Below, in pieces: positions 41,628 to 56,656 of a DNA stretch of 64,000 nt. The notes below the pieces were generated by a model. That model did not search any database, was not told where the DNA came from, and was given only the letters and a program-made list of their open reading frames with translations. The first letter of the stretch is position 1. Every line of letters starts with the position of its first letter. The translations under genes were made by a program, and so were the position numbers. The stretch is from Eledone cirrhosa (Eukaryota). The stretch covers positions 172,360,001 to 172,424,000 of the forward strand of contig OZ024742.1 in assembly GCA_964016885.1 (NCBI GenBank). The letters are read 5' to 3'.

Positions 41628-42738
41628 GTGTGCGTGTGTGTATGTATGTATAATATTGTTTGCTTTATCAACATGTTTACTACCTCAAGTTACAAGATAT
41701 GCCACCTGTATTAGACAATGATTTATGAACCACCTGTTGCTGCATTTATTAAGGCGACGAACATATACGTATACGGATTTATACATGTATGCAAATATAT
41801 ATGCCAGGTCACACACACCTGAATGCTACTGGTAAAATGTAATCCTGAACACTTGTCATGTGGACAAGTTGCTGGCGACTATAGCATCCACCCCACAAGT
41901 TTGTTCATGAGACAGGAAATTTGGAAAACCTTACAGGACCAAAAACTAAACCATCAAAGGGGAGAAAATATCATGTGTGGCAATGGTCATCCCACTGTAT
42001 GCATATTGTTGATGTGGCTGTGACTGTTGTATTATTTCTTAATATAGCTTTATATCTTAAAAGTTTCTGAACATTTAAAACACTTTTGTGGTCTCGATAG
42101 GGAATGTTGGGTTCGCAAATATACATACATATATAGGCACTATATGAAACCGCATTCACAAAATGTTTTTTTAAAAATGATACTGGACGTTGATGTTTGT
42201 ATCGCATTAAACATTAAATTGTTTACATTACAACTGCAAGTTTTTTCAATATTTAAATTTATGAATACATATTGTGTTATTTTTCCTAAACTATTCATTA
42301 CAGGATGTCAAGTGGTAATATACGCAGAGGGTTTCTCGATCACTCCTTACTTGCCATGTGTTCACTTGCAATGTCGGTCACTCGTTTCTGACACGTAATA
42401 ATATACAGTTTTTAAACGCGTTTTCATTTCTATGCACCTTCCTTTTCACATCATTCTACAAGCTGATTGTTTTGCGAGTTTGTCCGCATGATTCTGTGTT
42501 ACATCCTTCTTTTTACTTGGCGCAAATAAAATGTGTCACGGCTGCAGTTGATCCGGTCTCAACATATCCTCAGTTGAAAATTTGGTCACTCTCCATTTTC
42601 ACTTTTCCATATTTAACTGACTATCACAGCCAAAATTATTTGTATATATATATATACATACATATATATATATATATATGATACATTTTCTAAGCATTTC
42701 AACGAACTCGACGTCCCAATATATATTTACAACTCTGT

Positions 42739-42766
<28 letters not shown>

Positions 42767-42773
<7 letters not shown>

Positions 42774-43113
42774 TGTTAGCTATCGCCGTATTTTGTCTAA
42801 AGCAATTAAAGAAATTATTTAGCCTGATAGTGGGATTAAGAACCCTCGGAGGAATGGACAAAGATTAGTATTGACGTACATGGGAGTCGAACCCACATCT
42901 TTGGTTATCCGGACCACTGTACTACCATTTACACCAACACATCACCCATTGTATGTCAATACTCATCTTTTTGTACGTCAATACTCATCTTTTTGCATTT
43001 TTCCGAGGGTTCTATCAGGCTAAATCATTTCTTTAATTGCTTTAGTCAAAATACGGCAATAGCTAACATTTCTAATAATTTCAAATCAACTCGCTCTTTT
43101 GAAAATATTCTTA

Positions 43114-43116
<3 letters not shown>
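42767..43116. mobile_element. Fold-back unit between (TA)n tracts containing a tRNA-like head
   Basis: ~42767-42880 is the imperfect reverse complement of ~42972-43076. Right tail to 43116. Confidence 0.8.
42872..42943 (-). ncRNA. 72-nt tRNA-like cloverleaf with Pol III A and B boxes (not a canonical tRNA gene)
   Basis: GATGTGT TG GTGT AAATGGTA GTAC A GTGGT CCGGATA ACCAA AGAT GTGGG TTCGACT CCCAT GTACGTC A. A-box TGGTGTAAATGG, B-box GGTTCGACTCC. The anticodon loop lacks U33 and purine 37. Confidence 0.8.
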
Positions 43117-43164
<48 letters not shown>

Positions 43165-43208
43165 AAGTTAAATAAAAGTCAAATGATTAAAATTTAGCTT
43201 CGTTTATT

Positions 43209-43263
43209 ACTGCTATATATATTTCAGTGACAGCCATCTTTGGCTGTGACATCTTCAGGCAGT
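43209..43263 (-). ncRNA. Type I hammerhead ribozyme (family C, mirror copy)
   Basis: Exact reverse complement of 43489-43543. Confidence 0.8.
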
Positions 43264-43488
43264 TTGAATCAGTATGGTATAGACAAGTACATATGTTGTT
43301 TAGGTGTATGATATTGTCAATACTCTGATATGCCCAGTTCCTTGTTGGGTTGTTAATTCACTGGGGAACTGGAGTGACTCCAGTTCCCCAGTGAATTAAC
43401 AACCCAACAAGGAACTGGGCATATCAGAGTATTGACAATATCATACACCTAAACAACATATGTACTTGTCTATACCATACTGATTCAA

Positions 43489-43543
43489 ACTGCCTGAAGA
43501 TGTCACAGCCAAAGATGGCTGTCACTGAAATATATATAGCAGT
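43489..43543 (+). ncRNA. Type I hammerhead ribozyme (family C)
   Basis: actgc-CTGAAGA-tgtc(acagcc aaagat ggctgt)cact-GAAA-tatata-TA-gcagt-AATAAA. Confidence 0.8.
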
Positions 43544-43685
43544 AATAAACGAAGCTAAATTTTAATCATTTGACTTTTATTTAACTGTATTTTACACTAC
43601 TCCGGAGTAACCAAACCAACCTGCGCACTTCGTCGAGTGCTCCAGCCTGCATACTGAAGTGTTGGTAAACAACCAACATAAACTC

Positions 43686-43757
<72 letters not shown>

Positions 43758-43758
<1 letters not shown>

Positions 43759-43973
43759 CGGCGATGAATTAGTTTTGCGAGGTTTTTTATATGAAATCGT
43801 GTGTCGAAACACATATTATTATACTGACCGTCGGTCAGTCAATGGCAACATTGAGGACCGATTAAGTTAGATCGCAGATATAAAAGACAGCGAGAAGCGA
43901 AAACCAACCAAACAGTGAGTGTGTTCTGTTATTAATTCTGGCAATATTACACAAATATGACCCTCCCCAAGTA

Positions 43974-43978
<5 letters not shown>
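43758..43978 (+). mobile_element. Solo 3' terminal fragment of the 45790-48521 PLE family
   Basis: agaagcgaaaaccaaccaaa..gtgagtgtgttc...atatgaccctccccaagtataac is shared with 48430-48520. Confidence 0.8.
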
Positions 43979-44564
<586 letters not shown>

Positions 44565-44805
44565 AAGTGAGGTAAGGAACAAGGTAAACCATATCGCACC
44601 AGAGTACTAGATACTTAGAGTAGAGGAGGTGATCATTGGAAATGAGTCAGGACCCCGACGAGGAGTAGGACTCTCTCTCATACAGACTCGGACAACAGCA
44701 ATAATAACGAGAGTAGCAATATAAACAATAACTTCGGAGTATAGAAATAACAGCTATAATAGTAATAATCATAACAATAACAATAGCAGGTGAGAGAGAA
44801 ATAGT

Positions 44806-44994
44806 TGTTTCTACTTTTGGCACAAGGCCAGCAAATTTCCCCAGTACATTACTGGTACTTTATTTTATCGACCCCATAAGGATGAAAGGCAAAGTTTACC
44901 TCGGCGGGATTTGAACTCAGAATGGAAAAGGCCGTAACTCTATGCGTCAAAGCATGACGTCCGACCCTCTACCGATACTGCCAATCTACTGCCC
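44806..44994 (-). mobile_element. tRNA-derived SINE, near full length
   Basis: Minus strand has A-box TGGCAGTATCGG and B-box GAGTTCAAATCC. Embedded in an AAC/AAT-rich low-complexity region. Confidence 0.85.
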
Positions 44995-45349
44995 TACAAT
45001 AGTAATAATAATAATGGTGATAATATTAACGATAGACAGAATAACAACAACAACCAACATAATAATAATGGAAACATTAATAAAAGACACGACAACAACA
45101 ACAACAACCACAGTAGTATTACTGGAAATAATACGAGTAGCAACATTAATGATAGACACAACAACAAAAACAACTACAACAACAACAGCAACAACAAAAA
45201 CAAGACACATAATAGTAAAAGTAACAACCACAATGGTAGAAATAACAGTAACAACAACAATAACAATAGAGCAAACAACAACAATACATCTAACAATCAT
45301 AACAATAATAAATATTGTTAATGGTAGGAACAACAACAACCATAAGAAG

Positions 45350-45646
45350 TGTTTCTACTTTTGGCACAAGGCCAGCAATTAAATCAGTACATTACTGATA
45401 CTTTATTTTATCGACCCCGTAAGGATGAAAGGCAATTTTAACCTCGGCTGGATTTGAACACAGACCATAAAGGGCCGTAACTCTTTGTTGCAAAGCATGG
45501 CGTCCGACCCCCTACCGATACTGCCAATCCCATAATAATTGTTTTTACTTTTGGCACAAGACCAGCAAATTCTTCAGTGTATTACTGGTACTTTATTTTA
45601 TCGACTCCGTAAGGATGAAAGGTAGAGTTACCCTCGGCGGGATTTG
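45350..45646 (-). mobile_element. Two tandem SINE copies (45350-45530 and truncated 45540-45646)
   Basis: Same core as 44806-44994. Confidence 0.85.
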
Positions 45647-45789
45647 TGCCATCCCATAATAATAATAATAGCAACACACACAAATATGACGATAGATATA
45701 ATGACAACCCCTTAGAGAAAATATTCTTCAACCCAGCTGACAAAACTTATAAAATTAGTAAAATGTATCCTACTAGGTTACCTTTTAAT

Positions 45790-48515
45790 ATACCACAATT
45801 GTATACGTTTGTATACCACAATAGAGGACAAGACAGAGGCACAGTTTACCATAGCTAGAAATAAAATTAGACAAATCGTTGACCGATATACTAAGAGACA
45901 AAGCAAACCAGAAGTCGAACAACTTCTTGTTGAAGGCTTAGTTAGCCTCAAGCAGCGCAGAAGGGATGCTGAGGGAGTGTGTCTACCCACAGACAAGTCT
46001 GGTAGGATGTCGGTAGACAGCATGCCGAACTACATCAAGACTATGCAACCCCACATCACCAACACGGGCAATGAGGGGAGAGAGAAGATGCTCAACGCTC
46101 ACATGATGATGTGGACCGACATCCTAAAGCCGAGCAGACGCACTGCCAACAATGACATACCACCCTTGTATGGGCTTCGCAAAGACCATAAGACAGTCGA
46201 CGATCCGACGACAGGACCACCAACAAGACCTCTATGCGCAGCCAATATCGGTAGCAACTACAGGATATCCTACTTCCTCTCAATGGTTATACGCCCCATA
46301 ATCAAGATGTCCCCAAATATATGTGACAGTACAGAAGACCTCCTCAGCAGAATCAATGAGTTCAACAAAAACAAAAACCTATCTAACTGCAGAAATTGCA
46401 GTATGGACGTCGTTTCACTATACCCATCCATTAACATTGATTTTGCTGTGGGAAAATCTGTAGAGATAATCAGAAAGAGTGAGATGGAGTTCTGCGACGT
46501 CGACACAGATGAAATGGTCCTCTTACTTAGACTTACCTATGACTCAAAGTACCTAGAGAGCTATGACCTTAGTCGTTTCTGCCCTAGTAGACCTATAGGA
46601 GATAGATCCGTCCCCCAACCATAACCTCAATGGCAAAAAAGACTCCCATGGGAAGGTAGATTGGGTGGACCAAAGCCGTACGGACACCCAAAAACAATGA
46701 TCGGATAAGAAAAATGGACGCGCATGCAATACGGGCTAGTATTAAAACTACCCTAAAGGGCCCTATATACAAATTCAACGAAAAGAACAACACCCAAAAT
46801 GAAGGAGCAGCCATTGGCGTCAGCATAGCTGGTGACGTTTTCTACCTTTTTATGGTATGGTGGGAAAGGAGCCTCAAAGATCTCATTGAAGATAACTCCA
46901 TAGACCACATCATGTACTCTCGTTACGTAGACGATATTAATATTATAATAAGGACACCCCCACAAGAGAGTACTAACGAATATGATTTAGAATATAACAC
47001 AAAGGAAAGCATCCAGAAGATAGCTATCTCCATACACCAGATAATGAAAGTAACTATTGTCTACCCTTCCAAATACCCTAACAATAGACTACCTGTATTA
47101 GACACGGAACTCTGGATTAACACTACAGACGAGAGGTCCCAAATTCTCCACTCACACTACGCTAAACCTATGGCCTCCAAATAACTGATACTCAAAAACT
47201 CAGCAATGTCCAGTAGTGCAAGTTTAATATTCTGATCGCAGACTTGGTACGGGTGATGAAGAATGTATCCCGCATCTACGACTCAACAAAGGCACATCCA
47301 ACACTTCATCAACCGCATCAAGTTCTCTGGATACAAACAAAGAGACAGAATCGTAGTATACAAAGGAGCTACGGAGAAGTATAAGACACTCATAGAACAA
47401 ACATGAAAGAAATTTGCCAATTATACATTAGCAAATCATAGAATAGCTTAGATAGGACTAAACATAAGATAGGGAAAGCCACCTCATAGTACTACAACCA
47501 GAGATACCAGAGTATCATGTTCGTGGACGTTACCCCTGGAGGGAAATTAGCTAACCAATGTAGAAAGGCCTGAGAAAGACCGACTTAAAGATTAAAGTGG
47601 TAGAAAAACCACGAACTACCATAAAATCCTTGATCAGCAAAACATGCCCTTTTAAGAAAACCCACTGTACTAATAAGAAATGTGTTATATGTAACGTAAA
47701 CCTCCAGATAAACTGTAAAACTAGAAATGTAGTCTATAGCATAAGATGTACAGAGGGTACACTGACATACACTGACGAGACAGCTCGAAACATAGGAAAA
47801 AGAATAGACCAACACTGGGGTGGAATTAAAAGGACAAAAATTGTTCAGTACTATATGAACACGCCATACAACAACATGACGGTAACATAGACAAGATAGA
47901 AATTAAAATAACATCTAAACATAGTAATGTCCCAGCAGATAGGCAAATCAGAGAGGGAAGCAAAATAGAGCTTAAAAAGCCAAAGCTAAACAGAAAAGAA
48001 TGAATGGAATAACAACAACCCAACAAAAAATACTGACTTAAGAGAAATATAAATAAATAAATATATACACAAGCACAATAACAACAAACACATATAAACA
48101 CACACTAATAAACTAAGATAGAATACAATAACCAAAACACAGTCACCCAAACGCGAACACACACCAAACATTATACACACACACAAGCGCATGCGCAGTA
48201 AAGAAGACAGAATTAAATAAATAAATAAACAGATAAAATAAAAATAGCTTAGACATACAATACAACAGGTGGAACATAATAGTACCTACCACTGATGATG
48301 TTGCAGATGTGCAACGAAAGAACTTTGTTAGACTATATATATGTATTTATATCTGTATTTTTGACCGTTGGTCAATCAATGATTAACATCGATGGCCGAT
48401 TGAATTAACTGTGGAGATATAACAGATACAGAAGCGAAAACCAACCAAATGGTGAGTGTGTTCCGTTATTATTTTTTGGTAATATTATTATAACAATATG
48501 ACCCTCCCCAAGTAT

Positions 48516-48521
<6 letters not shown>
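45790..48521 (+). mobile_element. Penelope-like element (RT + C-terminal GIY-YIG), disrupted, clade not assigned
   Basis: PTDKSG, PPLYGLRKDHK, GPPTRP, STEDLL, SMDVVSLYPSI, GAAIG, RYVDD, LPVLD, HYAKPMA, C..KKCVIC..NCKTRNVVYSIRC..Y..ETARN..R..QH, RQIRE..LN. Ends in (TA)n. Confidence 0.9.
48285..48332 (+). ncRNA. Minimal hammerhead-like motif in the PLE terminal repeat
   Basis: CTGATGA-t-gttgca gatg tgcaac-GAAAG-aa-CTT-tgttag; stem I is imperfect. A homologue lies on the minus strand at 51791-51835. Confidence 0.6.
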
Positions 48522-48570
<49 letters not shown>

Positions 48571-48573
<3 letters not shown>

Positions 48574-48755
48574 GTAAGTAAGACCCCGACGGCTGAGCTC
48601 AAGCCGTTTCGACGGCTAATTCAGAATTAGCCGTCGAAACGGCTTGAGCTCAGCCGTCGGGATCTTACTTACTCCTATTACCCACTCTACTACCCTAAGT
48701 ATTGAGTACTTTGGTGCGTTATGGTCCACCTGGTTCCTTACCACTTTTCCTTCGC

Positions 48756-48756
<1 letters not shown>
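48571..48756 (+). mobile_element. Family A fold-back unit
   Basis: Arms 48573-48622 and 48624-48673, tail to 48756, (TA)n on both sides. Confidence 0.85.
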
Positions 48757-48786
<30 letters not shown>

Positions 48787-48800
48787 TTAATATAGATGAC

Positions 48801-48847
48801 ATTCTACAGGACTAGAACTGTTTCATTCTTTAGAAATCATCAGGAAT
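48801..48847 (-). ncRNA. Type I hammerhead ribozyme in a ~125-bp unit between (TA)n tracts
   Basis: Minus strand: attc-CTGATGA-tttctaaagaat-GAAACAG-ttctagtc-CTGTA-gaat. Confidence 0.8.
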
Positions 48848-48905
48848 CTGCAATGTATTGAGTACCTTACTTACTGTGGTTACCTCCGATTCAACCCAGA
48901 ATAAC

Positions 48906-48968
<63 letters not shown>

Positions 48969-48996
48969 GGATTCATAGACCATCAGAGACGAGCTT

Positions 48997-49095
48997 GCAT
49001 ATTCTAGCCTATCTGAGGATCTTTCAATTCCAGAGTCAGGTTCGATCAATAATAGTCGTCCCACGAGCTGATCAACAGTGAAACATGTAATATGC
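48997..49095 (+). ncRNA. Hammerhead-like motif with long stem II insert
   Basis: gcatat..tat-CTGAGGA-[60 nt with gatca/tgatc and tcgt/acga pairs]-GAAAC-at-GTA-atatgc. The base of stem II pairs poorly. Confidence 0.5.
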
Positions 49096-49229
49096 TATTA
49101 ATAATGTTACGATGCAACACTGAATCTTTGTTCCTTTATTCTAATACTATTCATACTCGGCTCGGCAAGAGCATCCAGTGCTCACCCGGCATAACTCCTA
49201 CGGACGCAATTACTGTAATCATCTCTACA

Positions 49230-49953
<724 letters not shown>

Positions 49954-49954
49954 T

Positions 49955-49995
<41 letters not shown>

Positions 49996-50779
49996 TATAT
50001 AGATAGATAGATAGATAGATAGATATCTGTGTGGGAGGAGGGAGTGTTTCAGAAATGGCTGTCTAAACGCTAGGCTTTGTTGATAATCATTTATGTATAT
50101 GAGAGACTCGAAATCCTATGTTGTTGCCGATGCTATTTCTTTTGATGCAGTTTTAAACATCATCGATATTTTATGACTGACTACTCTCTTCAGTCAGATG
50201 CAGTGCGTAGACAAATAATTCATGGAGATTTGGTTTCAAAAATGTCTTTTGGTAAAATAAAATACTTCTACTACTATTTTCTTATGCCCTTCTAAGCACT
50301 GTCGATTCTGTTGGCATTCTTGGTAAATAAATCCTGTAAATGCCACTTGCTCAAGGTCGTATTGGTTCGTTGAAATCTAAGGTGCTATCTCGCATGTATC
50401 CGTATTATCAAAACATTCTTAAATAGTGCTAAACAACACTATAAGAGCATAGAATTAAAGAATTAAATTATGCGATACAGGAATATTTATAATACTGAAC
50501 ATTTTTACAATCAATATTTTACAGTAAAGATACTATAACAATTTGAATAAGAAAAAGGAAATCGTATGAAAACCTATTATCAATACAAACTTGAAAAGAG
50601 CAAAGCAGCACTGTGATTCTATCATAACAAATCGAAGTATTTTCTATAATACTTCACATTTTCACAACAAACTTTGTGCAAGTAAAATGCAAATATTTAC
50701 ATTTAGAAAAATTGCTTTGATATATTTTTTTAAAAATCATTACAGGATGTAAAGTGTTAAAAGAGAGATAATTTAACTA

Positions 50780-51385
50780 TAATATAGAATGTATACAATG
50801 CAGATATTGGGTATAGGACCGGAGTACTAGGATATCAGGCAAACTACCGGGAAGGGAAATCTTCATATGTAGTAGATTTTCAGGAAAAATTGATTGTAGA
50901 AGCGTCAGTGATAGGCACATTTTCCAAATGCAGGTAGGATCTATAGAGGTGGTGGATAGCTTCCGATATCAAGGAGATCAAATTAGGAAGGGGGAGGATG
51001 CTCCGAATCCATATAACATAAGGACAGAATGGAAGAAGTTTAGGGAGCCGGTTCCTTTGTTGACAACGAAGGTTATCTCCCTGTGAATGAAATATCGTTG
51101 TATGAGACCTGAGTGAGATGCGTGATGCTGCATGATTGTGCGACATGGGCAGCAACTGTGGAGTATATCCGAATGGTGGAGACGGATGAAGCACGCATGC
51201 TCCGATGGATGTGAAATGTCAATGTCGGTGAACGGTCGAGCATAGATGAGTTGAGAATGAAACTGTGTATAAGATGAATAAAATGTTGTGTACAGGAGAG
51301 AAGACCACGTTAGTATGACCCTGTTCTGCACATGGTTAATGTGCGCTGGGTAAAGAAGTGCCAAGAAATCCCGGAGGAAGGAAGA
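50780..51385 (+). mobile_element. Decayed RTE-clade LINE fragment
   Basis: EVVDSFRYQGDQI..GGCSESI...WKKFRE..PLLTTK, MLRWM, WVKKC. Confidence 0.7.
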
Positions 51386-51510
51386 CAGTCGATTACATAG
51401 ACGACATTACTTTCTGTGCTGATACTTATTTTCGAGAACTCTATCGAAACGAACAGTTAAATCACGGGACATAATGTCACATACAACCTCATAAATTATA
51501 TATATATATA

Positions 51511-53690
51511 CGTGGGGAGAGTCATATTTTTGTAATAATTGTTTCTACTTTTGGCACAAGGCCAGAAATTACGCAGAGCATTACTGGTACTTTATTTTAT
51601 CGACCCCGTAAGGATGAAAGGCAAAGTCATATTTTTGTAATAATATTGTCAGAAATGATAACAGAACACACTCACAGTTTGGTTGGTTTTCGCTTCTGTA
51701 TCTTTTATATCTCCATAGATAATTTATTTGGCAATCAATGTTTATCATTGACAGACCAACGGTTAAAAATACAATTATAAATATATATAGTCTAACAAAG
51801 TTCTTTCGTTGCACATCTACAGCATTATCAGTTATATCATGTTACCTCCTATTGTGTTGTATTGTTCACGCAATTTTTATTTTATTTATTTATTTATTTT
51901 TGTCTCCGTCTCTGCGCATGTGTTTGCGTGTGTATATAATGTTTGGTGTGTGTGTTCGTGTTTCGGTGTATGTGTTTTGTTTTTTGGATTTTATCTTTGT
52001 TTACTAGCGTGTGTTTGTTGTTATTCTACTTGTGTATATATTTATTTATTTATTTATTTATATTTCTCTTAAGTCAGTATTGTTTATTTCTGATATGGTT
52101 GATGTTGGTATTGCTATTCCATTCGTTTTTTTCTGTTTAGCTTTGGCCTTCTAAGCTCTATTTCGCTCGCTTCTCTGATTTGCCTACCTGTTGGGTCATT
52201 TCTATGTTTAGATATTATTTTAATTTCTATGTTGTCTATATTACCGTCAAGACTTTGTCTGGCGTGTTCGTATGGTACTGCACAGATTTTTTGTCGTTTT
52301 AATTTACCCAGTGTTGGTCTATCCTTTCTCCTATGCTTCGAGCTGTCATATTTCTGCAACTACCCTCTGTACATTTTATGCTATAGACTACATTTCTAGT
52401 GTTACAGTTTATCTGGGGGTTCACTTACATATAACACATTTCATATTAGTAAAGTGGGTTTTCTTAAAGGAGTATGTTTTGCTAATCAGGTATTTTATGG
52501 TAGTGCCCGGCTTTTCTACCATTTTAATCTTTAAGTGGGTCTTTCTTATGGCCTTTCTACACTGGTTAGCTAATTTCACCCCAGGGCTAGCATCCACGAA
52601 CATGACACTCTGGTATCTGTTTGTCTTACGATGAGGTGGCTTTCCCTATCTTATGTTTAGTCCTATGTAATCTAATCCATGATTTACTCCTGTATAATGG
52701 GCAAACTCCTTTCATGTCCATTTCTATGATGGTCTTATACTTCTCCGTGGCTCCTTTGTATACTCTGATTCTGTCTCCTTGGATGTAGCCAGAGAACTGC
52801 ATGCGGTGATGAAGTGTTGAATGTGTCTTTCCATTTCAGTTGGGTCGCACATGCGGGACACGTTCTTCATCACTCGTACCAAGTTTGCGATCAGAATATT
52901 GTACTTAACACTACTGGACATTGTTGAGCTTTTGAATATCAGGTATTTGGAAGCCATGGGCTTAGAAATAGCGTCAGTGGAGAATTTGGGCTCTCTCGTC
53001 TATAGTGTTAATCTAGATTTCCGTGACAAATACAGGTAGTCTAATACAGGTATTGTTAGGGTGTTTGGAAGGATAGGTAACGTTTACAGTTATACTCTGG
53101 TGTATATAGTTAGCTATCTGCTGGATGGTTTCTATTGTGCTATATTCTAAATCATGTTCATTAGTACTCTCTTGTGGTGGTATTCTTATTACTTTATTAA
53201 TATCGTCTACGTAACCAGAGTACATGACGAGGTCTATGGAGATCTCTTCAATATCTTTGAGTCTCCTTTGCTACCATACCATATATAGATTGGCATCATC
53301 ACCATCTATGCTGACGCCAATGGCTTCTCCCTCATTCTGGATGTAGATCGTTTCATTGAATTTAAACATATGGCCCTTTAGTGTAGTTTTGATACTAGCC
53401 CCTATTGCATGCGCGACCATTTATCTCACCTGATCATTGTTTGTGGGTGTCCGTATGGTTTTCGTCCATCCATTCCATCTTCCCATGGGCGTCTTTTTTG
53501 CCATTGTGGTTATGGTGGGGAGTCTTATGGGTCTACTGGGGCAGAAACAGCTAAGGTCATGTTTATCTAGGTACTCGACGCCATAAGTAAGTCTAAATAG
53601 GAGGCCCAGTTCATCTGTGTCAACGACGCAGAATTCCACCTCGCCCTCTCTGATTATTTCCACACATTACGCAGTAATGGATGGGATCAG
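51511..53690 (-). mobile_element. Second, 5'-truncated copy of the 45790-48521 PLE family
   Basis: YSGYVDDIN, MASKYLI..KYNILIANLVRVMKNVS, MFVDASPG..LANQC, RQIREA. The terminal repeat matches 48000-48520. Confidence 0.9.
51540..51624 (-). mobile_element. 5'-truncated SINE inserted into a PLE terminus, with a 20-bp target-site duplication
   Basis: agtcatatttttgtaataat occurs at 51520-51539 and 51625-51644. Confidence 0.85.
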
Positions 53691-53752
53691 TGATACTACC
53701 CCCCCCCCCCCCAAAAAAAATGTATATATAAATATATATACATATACATATA

Positions 53753-54304
<552 letters not shown>

Positions 54305-54385
54305 ATATATATATATACATTTTTAATATATATAAGAGTGGGAAATGAAATATCGTTTCATTTTTTTCCGTTTATATATATATAC

Positions 54386-55058
<673 letters not shown>

Positions 55059-55062
<4 letters not shown>

Positions 55063-55709
55063 AGGGATCAGATGTTGTTTACTCGAGAGAAGGCTACGTT
55101 GGTATGGGCACGTGATGCGCATGAAAGTCGATAGCTGTATAACAAAGTGCAGGGCAATAAAGATAGACGGTAGTCACGGAATAGGCAGACCTAGAAAAAC
55201 CTGGGACGAGCTGATAAACTCCGACATCACACACTTACACCTCTCCAAGACAATGTCACTGGACCGAGACCTTTGGCGGTACTCAGTAACAGAGAAGACC
55301 CGACTTACCTAAATATATAGTAAAACCTACTCCAGCCAGTAGGCATCTCTAACAAAATACACCCCGTCCCACCCCCACCACCCCCACCCCATCCACACCA
55401 CCCCGTTCTATGTAAAGTTATGTTGGTGCCGCGCCATCGAGGCCGAAACAAATGAGATCGTGTAGGTGTCACGACAAAAAAACACACAGTCCACGCTGTA
55501 ATGTGGCCGTGTAGGCAACACGGTAAAAACCTCCCAGACCCACACTGTAAATGTGGTTGGTGTTAGGAAGGGCATCCAACTGTAGAAAACCTGCCAGACA
55601 GTCCTATGCGAGCAAGACAATCACTCTTGCCTCAAGTGGGACTATCCCCGTCCAAACCCATGCAAGCGTGGAACACGGACGTTAAACGTTGATGATGATG
55701 ATGATGATG

Positions 55710-55711
<2 letters not shown>
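55059..55711 (+). mobile_element. RTE-clade LINE 3' end with 3' UTR and (GAT)n tail
   Basis: RRLRWYGHVMRM...GRPRKTWDE..D..DRDLWR, ending cggacgttaaacgtt(gat)n. Confidence 0.85.
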
Positions 55712-55748
<37 letters not shown>

Positions 55749-56345
55749 TATATTTATATATGAAAAAGAAAGTTTCGCTCTACATGTCTGAATACAATAA
55801 ATGTAATCTGAGTTTTTCGAATATTAATAAAAAATTTCGATTCGTTTGCAATTATGCAAACAAGCATCAATTTTATAGCCATGTCAGTAGAATGAACACT
55901 TCATTCTTGCTCTTATGTTGGCATGCGAACAGAACTGCCGACTCTAATCTTTCTGGGTATCACCCTTCATCAGTAAAGCTCACTGTTCTCCTGCCAAACT
56001 GTCTGAGCTAGTGAAAATATATGATATTTATTTGAATTTGGCAAAGCTGGCCATTTATTGCTCGTATACATGAAACTGACTGGCCAGTCTGCTCATATGC
56101 AGTAGAATTTACTTCGTTAACAAGTTAGCTTGTTCGCAACTGAACCTGCGGTTCCAGAATCAGACAGATCCACACAATGATCACATTTCGAGCTGTCGGC
56201 CGACGAAACAATTGTAACACACAATCAATTGAGTTCAGATGCATCACTGATTTTAAAATTTCTATTATATCATAGTCTGCTCTGTAAGAGCATAGAGTGC
56301 TCAACCGGCATACCACCTATGGACGCATTTTAGCTACCATCAGAC

Positions 56346-56389
<44 letters not shown>

Positions 56390-56481
56390 ACGATTGACTG
56401 AAATTACGGCTGCACGCCTGCTTATTTCAGACATATAGACCAGTAGACCAGTTACGGAAGAATACATCGACCGGTCGTATG

Positions 56482-56610
<129 letters not shown>

Positions 56611-56656
56611 ATATATATTTGAATGTGCGTGTGTATATATATATATATATGTATAC

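Larger units (their letters stand above)
43166..43692. mobile_element. Family C fold-back: 421-bp palindrome plus right tail
   Basis: 43166-43375 is the reverse complement of 43377-43586 with no mismatch seen. Tail 43587-43692. Confidence 0.9.

Noticed and set aside
42230-42400. Splice-acceptor-like cattacaggatgt(c/a)aagtg shared with ~50738-50756
   Set aside because: Similarity is short and the downstream frames are unrecognisable; likely an old repeat fragment.
42872-42943. Functional tRNA gene with GGA anticodon
   Set aside because: It has C33 and U37, several G-U pairs in the acceptor stem, no long variable arm for Ser, and it sits in a repeat unit. Treated as tRNA-derived.
44942-45382. 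Thr/Ile-rich 146-aa ORF
   Set aside because: AAC/AAT low-complexity DNA between SINE copies.
56170-56225. gtcggccgac-GAAAC-aatt-GTA as an HHR
   Set aside because: No CUGANGA or stem I partner upstream. The nearby atgcatcactgatttt match to positions 22-37 is too short to interpret.
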